Positions 49,332 through 61,899 of a stretch of DNA of 64,000 nucleotides are shown piece after piece. Location: positions 9,486,001 to 9,550,000 of the forward strand of contig JBHGNT010000001.1 in NCBI GenBank assembly GCA_043228905.1, given 5' to 3'. Origin of the DNA: Azolla caroliniana. Taxonomy: Eukaryota; Plantae; Polypodiophyta. The notes below the pieces were generated by a model that saw only the letters and a program-made list of their open reading frames with translations, was not told the origin of the DNA and searched no databases. Positions within the stretch are counted from its first letter, which is position 1. Each line of letters begins with the position of its first letter. Both the position numbers and the translations under genes were made by a program.

Positions 49332-51529
49332 ATGGAAGGCGGCGGTAGTGGGCCTCCGGGCATGATGGTGTTGAACTCACAGAACTACGCCGACTGGAAG
49401 ATAAAGATGGAAGACCTTCTCATCGTCCGAGACTTGTACGAACCGATCGACAATGCCGAGATACCCAAGGGGGTAATAGAGTCGGAGTGGAAGCTCCTGA
49501 ACCGGAAAGCCGTAGCGACGATCCAGCAATATGTCGATGTAAGTGTTCTGCAACATGTGGCGAACGATACGAACGCCTATGAGATGTGGCAGAAGCTGTC
49601 CGGACTATATGAGAGGAAGAATGCTCTGACCCGGACCTCCCTGATGAGGAAGATAGTGAACCTTAAGTACCGGGACGGCGAGAGCATGGTCGAACACGTC
49701 AGCACGTTCATGGGATTCGTGAACCAACTTGCGGCGATCAAGTTCCCGTTGGATGACGCAATGCAAGCCATCATGCTGATGTGTACCCTTCCGGAGAGCT
49801 GGGAGAACTTGGTAGTTACTCTCAGCACCTCCTGTAAGGAAGAGAACTTGTCTTTACTAACGGTAAAGACAAGTATTCTAAATGAAGAAGCGCGTCGGAG
49901 AGATAAAGAACCGGCCTCCGACTCGAAGGCGCTGCTTACCGAATCGGAACGGGGAAGACAACGGAACCGGAGTCCGCAAAGACGGGAGAAGTCGGGGACA
50001 CGGTCGTAGTCGAGGGGAAGACCTACATGCTTCTACTGTGGGAAGCCGGGGCACTTCCAGAAGAACTGTCGGCATTTCCGGAAAGACAACGGAACCGACG
50101 GTACCGATTCGAAGAAGTCACCGGATCGAAACGGTGCATACCGGGGAGCCACGGACCGGAGAGGTCCAGATCGGCGAGGGCAGGACTGGAAAGGAACGAC
50201 GGCACTCGCGGCAAGTGAAGAAGAGATAATGCTCATTACCGAAGAGAGGGAGCTGAACCTTGCCGGTGAAGAGATGACCTGGGTAGTCGATTCCGGAGCG
50301 TCGTTCCACCTGACCCCGGAGAAGAAATACTTCTCATCCTACACAGCCGGTGAGCACGGCTGTGTCCGGATGGGAAATGAAGGTACATGCCGGATTGCCG
50401 GCATAGGAGACGTGTGGCTGATGACATCAACCGGATGCAAGATGTTGCTGAAGGATGTTCGACACGTTCCGGAGGTTCGATTGAACCTGATTTCGGCCGG
50501 GAGGCTAGACGATGAAGGCTACACGGGTAGCATCCGGAACGGTGTCATGAAGTTCAGCAAAGGGAGCCTGATAGTGGCTCGGGCCCGGAAGGTCAACACA
50601 CTGTACTTGATGAGCTCCCGGCTATGTCCGGAGGAACTGAACGTGGCAGCCGACACTGCCGGTGAGCTGTGGCACAAGAGACTGTGCCACATGAGCGAGA
50701 AGGGGATGAAGAGGCTTGCCGAAGACAACCTGATACCGGTAAAGCACGCACACCTGGGGAAGTGTACCGACTATCTGGCCGGTAAGCAAAACCGGACCTC
50801 CTTCCACTCAAGGCCACCGACGAGACGTAGTGCACCATTGGAGTTGGTACACACTGATGTGTGTCAGGTAGAAATGAAGTCACATGGCGGAGCCCAGTAC
50901 TTCGTAACATTCATAGATGACCACAGCCGGAAGCTGTGGACGGCACCGTTGAAGACAAAGGACCAAGTATTGTCCGTCTTCAAAGAACTCCACGCGAGAG
51001 TGGAAAGGGAATCCGGCAAGAAGCTGAAAGCGATACGAGCGGATAACGGAGGGGAATACCGGGGGCAGTTCCAGGAGTACTGTCGCTCGAAGGGAATCCG
51101 GCTCGAGTTTACTGTGCCGAAGACGCCGGAACTGAACGGGCTGGCCGAGAGGATGAACCGGACCATAATGGAGAGGGTCCGGAGTATGCTGGCGCATGCG
51201 AAATTACCCAAGGGGTTTTGGGCGGAGGCAATGTCGACGGCGACGTATGTGATAAATAGATCACCCTCAGTACCTTTGGACGGAGACACGCCGCAGAAAG
51301 TGTGGACCGGTAAGGAAGTGTCCTACCGGCATCTGAAGGTGTTCGGGTGTCTAGCATACGTGCATGTGGCAAAGGACCGGAGAGGAAAGTTAGATCCAAA
51401 GACCCGGCCATGCATATTCCTCGGTTATGGCGACGACGAGTTCGGCTACCGAGTATGGGACCCGGTCGACAAGAAGATATTCAGGAGTCGAGATATCATC
51501 TTCATGGAGGACAAGACACTCGCCGACTG
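49332..51529 (+). pseudogene. Copia gag-protease-integrase polyprotein with one in-frame TAG (50007-50009)
   Basis: NYADWKIKMEDLL, LPESWE, CFYCGKPGHFQKNC, WVVDSGASFH, WHKRLCHMS, LVHTDVC, FIDDHSR, RADNGGEY, NGLAERMNRT, FGCLAYVH. One frame throughout. Confidence 0.9.
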
Positions 51530-51629
51530 NNNNNNNNNNNNNNNNNNNNNNNNNNNNNNNNNNNNNNNNNNNNNNNNNNNNNNNNNNNNNNNNNNNNNNN
51601 NNNNNNNNNNNNNNNNNNNNNNNNNNNNN
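51530..51629. other. Assembly gap
   Basis: 100 N. Confidence 1.
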
Positions 51630-52219
51630 GACTAAATAAAAATCGTTTGACATTTGGGTCAATGTAAAATTGATAACCCTTGTAGCCATGGTAGCCATGA
51701 GGTTTTCCATACCCAACAAATATGGTGCAATTCTTGTGATTATGTAATTTACACAAAGGGAAGAACGTGTAAGGGTCGACCCGGCCGGCGCGCGGCACAC
51801 AAACGAATTTATAGACATATTTTGTTGAATCTATTTTTCGTGCTTAGCATTGTCTTTATGCGGACATGAGAGGTCCTTCGCAAATACCAGTTGACTTAAC
51901 ACATTAGTACAACCCATGCGGTACCAGTGTTGTACTACTACCTAGTGGGTAGCTGTTCTCTAGAGTCAACCCAACCATATCATGCAAGTATATATATATA
52001 TATAACACTCCACTTTGTCCTTAACAGGATCTGTGTGGTTTAAGGCTTGTCTGGTCGCGCATCATTACCCTCCTCATTCTTCTCCCTAATGATCAACAAC
52101 ATTGCCTTACATAGAATCGATTGAGTTTCGCACATCTTTCGGCACTTAACTTCTCGATTAATCCGCGATGAGTATGTTGGAGAAGTAGCAGCAGTTGTTG
52201 TTGTTTGTGCCTCCTATGG

Positions 52220-53057
52220 ATGAATTTTGGCCTCCTTGCCTTGTGGCTACCGAGTTTGATATTCCGAGGCATTAACGCAAGGATTGATGCAGGTAAGGAG
52301 GCTGCGGCGGTCGTCCATGGCCTAGATGAGGATGATGAGAGATTGATGGGGGCAATTCGGCGGGCGAAGGTGGCAAAAGCGGTCACGGAAGCGGTAATCG
52401 TGGCCACGTGCGTGTTTTGGGTATTATGGTGGTTCGTCGCGCCCGATCCAGAAGGAGACAAGAAATACGTGGAGTCGTGGATCGGCGACAAATCCCACTC
52501 TCGCTTCTTTCGGACCGACGGTCGCGAAGGTAACTAATATAATATAATTAGTGATCACATAATGCATATATATGTGTATGCATATATATGGTTTGTCAAG
52601 TGATCAGCTCCCTCCTACTTAAAACTGATATATATATCTATGGCATCCATCCATTAGGTTCGACATTCATATACCAAACCATGCCTTTCTTCGTCGTCAC
52701 CATTCTGAGCTTCGTCGTGATCCGGCTCCGCGCATTCATCAAAGCAAAGACTGCACAGCTCCGTGTTGTGGTGCCCGCGGGTGCAAACGGCTGGAAAAAC
52801 CAATGGCAGATGAGTACGTACCCGGTGTGGGTGGACAAGAGCCCCTTCGGCATCCTCACGGCCTCGGAGCTTCTCGGAATTCTGGCCATAACTTTGTTGA
52901 TGATCTACCACTTCAGCAGAATCGTCAACATTGCTTTCACCCGCATCGACAACAACACCCAGCACCACCACGGCTCCGGCCCGCCCCCCGCCAAGTACGT
53001 CCTACTACGATCATGACATAACCATATCTCTCTCTCTCTCTCTCTCTCTCTCCAACA

Positions 53058-53093
<36 letters not shown>

Positions 53094-56000
53094 CATGCTT
53101 TGAACACCATCGCCAAGCTCACATTGTTTGTTAAATTCCCAAGAGTGTACATAATAAGCACTCATGTTTTCCATTGATATTGCAGGCCATGGCAGAAATT
53201 GAATAACGTATCCTTCTACTTCGGACGCGTGGCCGTCGTGCCATTCTCGTTGCTCTGGATCCCCGTGTCGCGTGGCTCGCCGTTTCTTCGGCTCGTAGGC
53301 ATCCCATTCGAGCGCGCCGTGCGCTACCACATCTGGCTCGCCGTCTCCATGCTTGTTCTCGTCAGCCTCCATAGCCTCGGCTACATCATTCTCTATGCCA
53401 ACACCAACCGTACGCACTTGGTAGGTTCAAATCATGCAGTATTTCGCGCTCACTGTCTCGCCCAATATTACCGTAATGTCCCAAGGGCCAACCTATGATG
53501 TCCCAAGGGCCAACCTATGCTAGGGCTCATGTGGTTTCTCCATCATGATGCATTCATTGTACTTGAGTGTGTTTGATCATATCTTGATAGGGACATAATT
53601 TGTTTTTCGCTTCTTGTTGTTAGATCTTTGGGTGGGTCACGAAGCAAGAAAACTGTGCGGTAGTGGCCGGGCTGGTGGCATGGGTGTTCGGTCTAGTCAT
53701 GTGGGCCACTTCCCTCTCCTTCGTGCGTCGCCGCTTCTACGACATATTCTTCTCGGTCCACCACCTGTATCTCCTCTTCTCCCTCTTTTGGCTGTATCAC
53801 GCGGTCTGGAATTATCATTTCTTCATCGTCCCTCTCATGCTCTTCTTCATCGATCGCTTCCTTCGCATGATCCAATCGTCCAGTGTTGTCCGCGTATCCT
53901 CGGCCAAGCTCCTCCAGAATGGCACAGTCGAGCTCTTGCTGCCTCTTAACACCAATGCCACCAAAGGTAACATAAATGGATTCTCTTTCATGTATGTGTG
54001 CTTGTTCGGATCCACATATTAATTAATATTCCAGAATCTCTCTGACTAAATTCAGTCAGTGAGCTCTTCTAACCTTTACTAATAACAGGCAATAATGTGA
54101 TCATTACTTATGTCAGGGACCCCACTCTATAATGCACTCTCCACATGGTGCATCCAGATTCCTGGTATCTCCAAACTACAGTGGCACTTCTTCAGTGGCG
54201 CATCGTCCCCTCTCGATAACACGCAGGAGCTCTCCATCGTAATCAAGCCTCTCGGCGAATGGACGAATAGTTTGCACGATCAATTGTGGGGTTCCTGGGC
54301 TTTCTCGTTTAAGGCTAGAGTCGAAGGTCCTTATGGCGATGAGTCCGATTTCTACCTAAAGTATGGGGATCTCTCTAATTATTTGTCGTAATTCCTGTTC
54401 TCGATTCCGTTCCCAAAGCTCATGTCTGTCGTTCCTCATTGATATAACTAGCCTTCACATTAATGAGTTGCTTCCATTACTTAATGTAATGTATATGATT
54501 AATATTTCGCAGGTATAAAACCCTAGTCATCGTGGCCGGGGGCATAGGCCTCACCCCTGCCCTCGCTATAATCCGCGATATCTTGTATCGATACAAAGAC
54601 GTTAGATCCTCACCGGCATCGACTACTCTTCCGACCTCCATCACACTCTACCACTGCATAAGAAAGCCAGAGGAGTTATGTGTGCTAAATACCCTATATC
54701 CTAACCAAATTCTCCCTGGCTATGAGACATTAGGACTGCGCATCCGAGTACATGTATACATAACCTCGAAGAACATACAAGATTATGAGAGAGTGCCACT
54801 ACCCGGTGGCAACACGGCTCATAATTCATATAGAATAGGCGAATCCTTGGACCTATCCAAGTTTAACCGTGAACACCCTACATCACAACCATTGATATTT
54901 GATTCCTCTTATCCGGCGGCACAACACCCACAATCCGATGGAAGAATCTCGAGCATTGGCAGCACAGGGAGCACCTCATGGGTAGCATTAACCACCATTG
55001 CATCCTTTGCAGGATACTTTGTGCTTTCAGGCTTGGCAAACACTTTTATTGTGAGGTCCTATGCCCATCACACCTTCACCAATTACAATCGCGCGCATGT
55101 CGTGGTGGCGTGCATGATCTTGGGGATTCTCATTTGTGGCGGCCTCGTGGTTCTGCTATGGTTCCATATGTTGCGACGACAATCGAGTATAAGCTCGGCA
55201 TCGGTGCAGCCGAGGAAACAGAGTCCGACTTCTTCTCCATCCGGAAGTAACGAAGATTTGGGAGCAACTTACAACGGAATCGAAGATGGCGCATCTCAGT
55301 GGGATGGGGATGTCCACATTTTGTCACGGCCAAACTGGAAAGGTAGGTTGGCATCATAGGGTCCACATCTAACCCTAAACCCTAAACCCTAAACTTTTTA
55401 TTACGGCAAAAAAGTTTTAAAGGTTAAAAACGTTAAAGAAAAAACATAAGCATTCGTTACGCCAAGAAAGTTAAGTATGTTTTCATAACATAAGCATTTG
55501 TGAATATATGTGGTATCTTCTTTAACCTGGGAAGAGTAGTAGTAGTACATATACAAGTTTGTGAATATATGAGTACAGGTAGATTACCCCAATTCTGAAA
55601 TTTTAATCCCTTCTATTCAAGCTGCAGTCACTATATACGAATATATAGTACTATTTGTGCAGAATTTTCTAGCTCAATGATCTCATCCTCTGGCTGAATA
55701 AAGTACTAGTTAATTCAAATATCATGCCATAGCTATTTCAAACCATCTACTCAGGAATGTGCTATGTATGCTATACTGTAGTGGACTTGCGATTATATAT
55801 GGCACTGAATTGATGCATGAATGAATTACCCCTGAGAATGAAGCATGTCAAGCAATGAATGTGTAGTTCTTCTAAATTTGATGGTCCAAAATATTGGCAG
55901 ATGTCTTCGAGGGCTTGGTGGAGCAACACCGTGGGGAATGTGTGGGAGTTCTGGTGTCGGCACCGGAGAGCATGCAAGAGGACATTGCCAGAGAATGCAA

Positions 56001-56109
56001 GAGATGCTCGCCTTTCCGCCCCTTCTATGCCGCCCCTGACACATCCAAATCATCGGAAGGCCACAGGGGGGCCCTCCTGCACTTCCACTCTGTGAGCTTC
56101 AGCCTGTAG
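52220..56109 (+). CDS. FRO: Ferric reduction oxidase (ferric-chelate reductase, FRO family), 7 exons
   Basis: Exons 52220 (or 52346)-52529, 52658-52994, 53186-53420, 53624-53966, 54117-54360, 54513-55342, 55901-56109, all GT-AG with consistent phase. Motifs PVSRGSPFLRLVGIPFERAVRYHIWL..LHSL, VRRRFYDIFFSVHHLY..YHA, QWHFFS, VEGPYG, VAGGIGLTP, VGVLVSAPESMQEDIA, HFHSVSFSL*. The start codon and the exon-1 donor (52520 vs 52529) are uncertain. Confidence 0.92.
55369..55394. repeat. Short interstitial plant telomere repeat / telo-box (CCCTAAA)3 in the last FRO intron
   Basis: CTAACCCTAAACCCTAAACCCTAAAC. Confidence 0.8.
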
Positions 56110-56425
56110 TCAGATTTAGTCCTTTCCATCATCACCATTATTATGAATACTGTCTGTGTTTCTTGCACTATATACTGCTGAGCCGCCATTTCGTTGGCTG
56201 TTATGAATGAAGATAATGATGGATTGAGTAGTAGTAGTACATAATACATGTATGTATGTATGTATGTATGTATATGGTCAGGATCAATAAGTTGCACTGT
56301 CCATATCGCACATATACCCACCCGTCGTGATTTCAATAATAATAGCCTTGATTTACCCCTTCCCAGAGATCATTAAGAATATCGGAACAATGGTTTTTCC
56401 ACTGTATTTTATACATACCATCATT

Positions 56426-56719
56426 ACTAATTAAGAAAATTCACGTGCTGTGTACAGTTTAAGCCTGTGTCGTGAGCCATTAATTTGTGTCAGTTTCTTT
56501 TTTTCTTTTTCTTTTTGTTTGTTTGTGCTGGAACCATGTAAAGACTACAGAAATGGGCTGCAGTGCTATGCAGCAAAATTATAAAAGAAACAACATTTGC
56601 GAAATAAGATTTGTCCAAATAACGCATAGAGTATACAATTACAACGACAGAGCGTTCGAATCCGATATTAGCGATCCAGCAACCAAATCTGTATGCAAGC
56701 TCAAATATATTCATTCCAC
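56426..56719. repeat. Direct repeat, copy 1 (copy 2 is 58656-58920)
   Basis: Near-identical from ACTAATTAAGAAAATTCACG to CATTCCAC. Copy 1 has an extra T-rich stretch. Confidence 0.92.
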
Positions 56720-57802
56720 AACTCAATATGTTACAGCATTCCACTACTTTCCAGCATACCTCCCTTCACTTTACATGTCAATTCCACAACCATACCCTAA
56801 CCCTAATGTTCTGCTCCATTGCTATGCTCACTCATAAAAACACTCAAACTAAAGTAATTAATTGCAAGGGAACGAGGATTACAGAGTGAGAGACTCGGAA
56901 GAGGAGTCTAAAATTAATTGGAAGGGAATTATCAAAAATGAGGAGAAACTCCTCCATATATAGACCAAGGGGTGGCTGGTGGAGTCCCTTAGTGTTAGGC
57001 CAAGAGATGGCTTTTTGGGCTGCCTTGACCATTAGGCCAAGAGGTGGCTTTTAGGCTCCCCTGTGGTTGGTCACTGCGACGTTGTTGTTTTTGTGGCAAG
57101 GTCTAGGACTGGGTATTTTCTAAGTCCCAACCCAAGGGTCGAACCCCTTCTTTGGTATTGGGACTGGGACCACCATTGGGAGTGGTTCCCTTCTTGTTTC
57201 CCAACTCCTCATGTTCATGCCAACCTCGATCCTGACGCTTGTCCCAATACGTTTTGGGGCTTGTTGAGTCCGTCTTGACTCACTTCGGAACCATGGTCTG
57301 GTTGGGACTCTTTAGGGACACCACACTCACATGAAACTCATGTGAAACCTAATGACCATCTATATCTAAAATCTCTCTCGTATTAGAGCTACCTATATCG
57401 GCTTTGTGGTAAGTCTTTCTTTGCCCTCGTACTCTCAGTTAGTTATATACTCCACATCATACCCATGGTCACAGTTTCAAATTTTAATCTCACATTACAA
57501 CTTTCTCGGAATCATAATATGTCACTTCTGTAGAACAATATGTCACATTGATGTTGTGTCAAACCAATGACCTCCCAACCTCCAAACTCTTCACTATCAA
57601 TGCCTTGAACATGCAAAAAAAATAGTTACTAACCAAGGCAAAAATTATCCCAATCTTGAGTTTGCAAGGAGTGGTTCCTTTGTATACTTGGTCACACATT
57701 CATCCTCGACAACCGTAATATGTTCAAATTCCCTTGGTCCAGTTGTCTTAGCATGAACACTAGCCTCAAAGCATTGAAATAAGTCTTCAACACATGCCAA
57801 CA

Positions 57803-58080
57803 CTTACATGACTTGGCCGCTCATTCACACTTGAAATCTATCCTTGGTTTACATGCAATTCACAATGTGTGTCATGGGCAACACAACACCACTCGGTCTT
57901 TTGTGGTTTTCATGAAGCCATTTGTTAATAATTAGGTAATTAACCTACAATCAACTATTGCTTGAACGCTTACATGACTTGGCGACTCATTTGCATTTGA
58001 AATCTATCCTTGGTTTACATGGAATTCACGATGTGTGTAATGGGCGACACAACACTGCTCGGTCTTTTGTGGTTTTCATG
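57803..58080. repeat. Local duplication of ~112 bp (57803-57914 and 57969-58080)
   Basis: CTTACATGACTTGGC...TGAAATCTATCCTTGGTTTACATG...GGTCTTTTGTGGTTTTCATG occurs twice. Confidence 0.85.
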
Positions 58081-58655
58081 GAAAGAATTTGGCTCACATG
58101 CACTCCTACAGTTGACTATTGCAATCATAGCATGCCATTGTCGCTTGTGCGTGGAAGAGCTAGTGCTCTATTGTTCGCGTGTTGTGAAACAAGGAAGAAG
58201 CCAACAAGAAGAGAAGAAGAAACCACTATCACACTAAAAGAATTGCACGAATCAACAAATGGGTAGCTTTCTTCAAGGATAGAAGTTTCCATACCACAAC
58301 ACTTTTGCATCATGGATATACAAGATCCATCGATACCTTTTGGGGCAAGGATATTGGGGATATACTGAAGGTGATCGTCAAAACATGTTTGCCATTATCA
58401 ATACATATAATTGTGAATGGAAGCAAGGAGTGATCCATCTAATGCGTTGCCTTGCTAGACCATATGCTTGGGAGCCACATAATGTATACTAGACCATATG
58501 CTACATCATATGGTCTAGTGAGCCATGTAAAGTATACTATGACCATATGATTGGCTATGTCACAGATGTGAAGATAATAAAACGGGGCATGGAAGAACCT
58601 CACGAAACATTTTATCCATCGACACAATCACACAAAAACTTCAACTCTAACCAGA

Positions 58656-58920
58656 ACTAATTAAGAAAATTCACGTGCTGTGTACAGTTTAAGCCTGTGT
58701 CGTGAGCCATTAAGTTGTGTCAGTTGTGCTGGAACCATGTAAAGACTACAGAAATGGGCTGCAGTGCTATGCAACAAAATTATAAAAGAAACAACATTTG
58801 CGAAATACAATTTGTTCAAATAACGCACAGAGTATACAATTACAACGACAGAGCATTCGAATCCGATATTAGCGATCCAGCAAGCAAATCTGTATGCAAG
58901 CTCAAATATACTCATTCCAC
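58656..58920. repeat. Direct repeat, copy 2
   Basis: Matches 56426-56719. Confidence 0.92.
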
Positions 58921-59068
58921 TCTTGATTACATCAATTAATCCAACTTGCTTGCAACAAATAATGTGCTTAGAATGTTGAAGAGGTTTCGTTAGAAAATTA
59001 GCCCACATTTGATGAGAGGGAGTAAACTTTAACTCTATCTTCTTTGTTTCAATGAGATCACGAAGAAA
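58921..59068 (-). pseudogene. Copia RNase H C-terminal fragment
   Basis: FLRDLIETKKIELKFTPSHQMWANFLTKPL. Confidence 0.7.
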
Positions 59069-60502
59069 ATGATTCGGTATTTGAAGGGCACTTCAAATAT
59101 GTGTCTCCGATTCGGCTCCGGAAAACCTCAACTTGACGGTTTCACCGATTCTGACATGTCGGCTGATGTGGATACCAGCCGGTCTACATCCGGGTATGTA
59201 ATGACATATGCAGGGGGAGCTGTTTCGTGGCAGTCGAGGCTGCAGAAGACGGTTGCATTGTCAACCACGGAGGCGGAGTACATGGCGGTTGTGGAAGCCG
59301 GCAAGGAAATATTATGGATGAAGGACTTCATCGGAGAGCTCGGTATTCGGCAAGATGAATACCGACTCTATTGTGACAGTCAAAGTGCCATCCACCTTGC
59401 TAAGAATGCGGCCTACCATTCCCGGACGAAGCATATCTAGCGAAGGTATCACTGGATCCAGGAAAGAATAGATGACCAGGAGTTCGCGCTGACGAAGATC
59501 CACACGGCCGAGAACGGGTCAGATATGCTGACCAAAGTGTTGATACCCGACAAGCTGGATGCATGCTGGAAGCGGATCAGACAAGTGAGACACCCCATGC
59601 CGGAGTGAAGGGCGAGTTTGTTGAGAGACAGGTCCCTCCGGATGGGAAGAGAGAAGAACAATGCCAATGAACAAACTCGGTCGAGGCCGAGAACCGGATG
59701 AGGAGTACCCGGCTACGGAGAGCTGGATGGTGCAGACCCGGTGAGAACCGGATGAGGAGCACCCGGCTTCGGAGAGCCGGATGGTGCAGACCCGGTGAGA
59801 ACCGGATGAGGAGTACCCGGCTACGGAGAGCCGGATGGTGCAAACCCGGTGAGAACCAGATGAGGAGCACCCGGCTTCGGAGAGCCGGATGGTGCAGACC
59901 CGATGAGAACCGGATGAGGAGTACCCGGCTACGGAGAGCCGAATGGTGCAGACCCGGTGAGAACCGGATGAGGAGTACCCGGCTACGGAGAGCCGGATGG
60001 TGCAAACCTGATGAGGAATGCTCACCGGATGAAGAGACATATTCGTAAATATGTTTCTGGGAGTCCATCGAGGCTATATCAGTAAATAGCCGAAAAGTCA
60101 TATTAGTATAAATATGACTTAGGGCAAACCTTTTGTTATAGTTGTTGTGGTTGTTGTTATTCTTGTCTATGCGAGACCAAAAGTGCGTAACAATGTACAG
60201 AGAGTGAGAGTGAGAGAGAAAGAGGTCGTTGCCTCTGATTGTAACCGCCGCCTGTGGCAAAGATCGTGAGCACGAGGTCGTTGCCTCCGTGAACTCACTA
60301 TTGTACATTCTAACATAGTGATAGTTTGCAGCCTGCGGGCTGCCGTGGTTTTTTTCCCTTAGTTTGGGTTTTCCACGTTAAACACCCTGTGTACATTTTC
60401 CTCTCCTTTGTGTCGTGAGTTTTCCGTTTCCCGTTTTCTGTGTATGATTCTAAGCTCGGTTGTGGCCGAGCGTTGCGTATAGGGAGCGTGCAGTTCTCGT
60501 CA
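59069..60502 (+). mobile_element. Copia 3' part: RT/RNase H, PPT and 3' LTR (59619-60502)
   Basis: RYLKGT..GFTDSD..STTEAEY..CDSQSAIHLAKN. TAG at 59438-59440. PPT GGAGTGAAGGGCGAG. LTR TG...CA. Confidence 0.93.
59689..60012 (+). repeat. 54-bp tandem repeat in LTR U3 (~6 copies)
   Basis: Unit GAGAACCGGATGAGGAGTACCCGGCTACGGAGAGCCGGATGGTGCAGACCCGGT. Confidence 0.95.
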
Positions 60503-61162
60503 ATGTATACGGTATACCCTATAGAATATTTACAACTGAAGTACATTAGTATATACTTATTTTAGAAAACTCTAAGGTGTAGGGAGCTTCCATGTTGTAA
60601 TCATGTAAGAAATTATGGTTAATGCATAACCATGATTGATTGGACAGAGAGGATTATAAAAGCATAATCATTGTAAGATTACATTATCATCTCTGTTTTT
60701 TTTGAAAACACAAAAAGGAAACTACAAAGAACTCAAGACCAAGAGACCGTGAGTATCCATATGCGCTCATTTATTATTGACTAAGAGACCATGAGGATTT
60801 ACATGGACTCATATGATTGTGCTACAAAGAAGTCTTCCAAGAGACCCTGTGCCAAAGCATGGTTATTTGACATTGTGGTCCTTTTTGCCCTCATGTATGG
60901 TGCAACCATATGGTCCTAAAGCCTCCCCATGCACACTAGCTATCCGAGTTGAATTGGTAGCACAACCTTCCATGGTGGAGTGCCTATCACTGGTCATATT
61001 TGTAAATAGTCCATAGTATGCGATGGAGAGATATAGAAAAAGATAGAGAAAAGAAGAGGAAGAGAAAGGAATACTTTAATACACTATTAGGAAAACAATA
61101 CCATCTTCTTCGACTCCAAAAGTAACAACCCCAAAGAACTACCTTAATCTCAATGACACTAA

Positions 61163-61783
61163 TTTTATTATATCACAATGTTTGCTTTGTTATCCCAAAT
61201 TTTAATACAAGAAAGTTCTCTTTGTCAGCTTTCTTACGAATCAAACTTTGATACAATGCTCTGCCTATGATCATATTCGACCATCCTTTCCACACATTTT
61301 CGACCAAGCCCAATCCTTGCACGAATTTCTCTCACAACCACAATGTGCACTCTTGATTGTAACATTCATTGGTAGAGTTCTTGAACATCAAGAGTTGCTA
61401 CTCACATTCACACGTATCACGTGAAATGTAATATTTTTGGTCTCATAGGTCATATTATTATGTGAGGTGTTTTATTATATCACTATGTTTGCTTTGTTAT
61501 CCCAAATTTTAATACAAGAAAGATCTCTTTGTCAGCTTTCTTACGAATCAAACTTTGATACAAGGCTCTGCCTATGATCATATTCAACAATCCTTTCCAC
61601 ACATTTTCGACCAAGCCCAATCCTTGCACGAATTTCTCTCACAACCACAATGTGCACTCTTGATTGTAACATTCATTGGTAGAGTTCTTGAACATCGAGA
61701 GTTGCTACTCACTTTCACACGTATCACGTGAAATGTAATAATTTTGGTCTCATAGGTCATATTTGACCTCCAAAGACGATAAT

Positions 61784-61820
<37 letters not shown>
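61163..61820 (+). repeat. Tandem pair (~307-bp period) of an AT-rich head plus RTEX-like LINE 3' end, ending in (CT)n
   Basis: 61163-61456 is close to 61470-61763. From ACTTTGATACAA on, both match 9693-9925. Confidence 0.88.
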
Positions 61821-61822
<2 letters not shown>

Positions 61823-61899
61823 CTTGAGAGAGCCTTAGAACGAAACTCATACACATCCTTCACTCTGTAATAGTTAACAGTTTCCCATATACGAAACAG

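Larger units (their letters stand above)
48571..51529 (+). mobile_element. Young Copia (Tnt1/Tork-like): 5' LTR, PBS and gag-pol up to the assembly gap
   Basis: LTR 48571-49300 (TG...CA). PBS TGGTATCAGAGC at 49304-49315. Confidence 0.95.

Noticed and set aside
55369-55394. Chromosome end or fusion scar
   Set aside because: Only about three CCCTAAA units inside an intron, a common telo-box.
59689-60012. CRISPR-like or repeat-protein appearance of the 54-bp array (also the 28-bp array at 48630-48830)
   Set aside because: Units are head to tail with no unique spacers, there are no cas genes, and both arrays lie inside LTRs. The ORFs across them are by-products.
48571-60502. One Copia spanning the gap and capturing FRO
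   Set aside because: The two LTRs differ (28- vs 54-bp repeats, different 3' ends), the flanks TGGTT and ATGTA are not a TSD, and an assembly gap intervenes.
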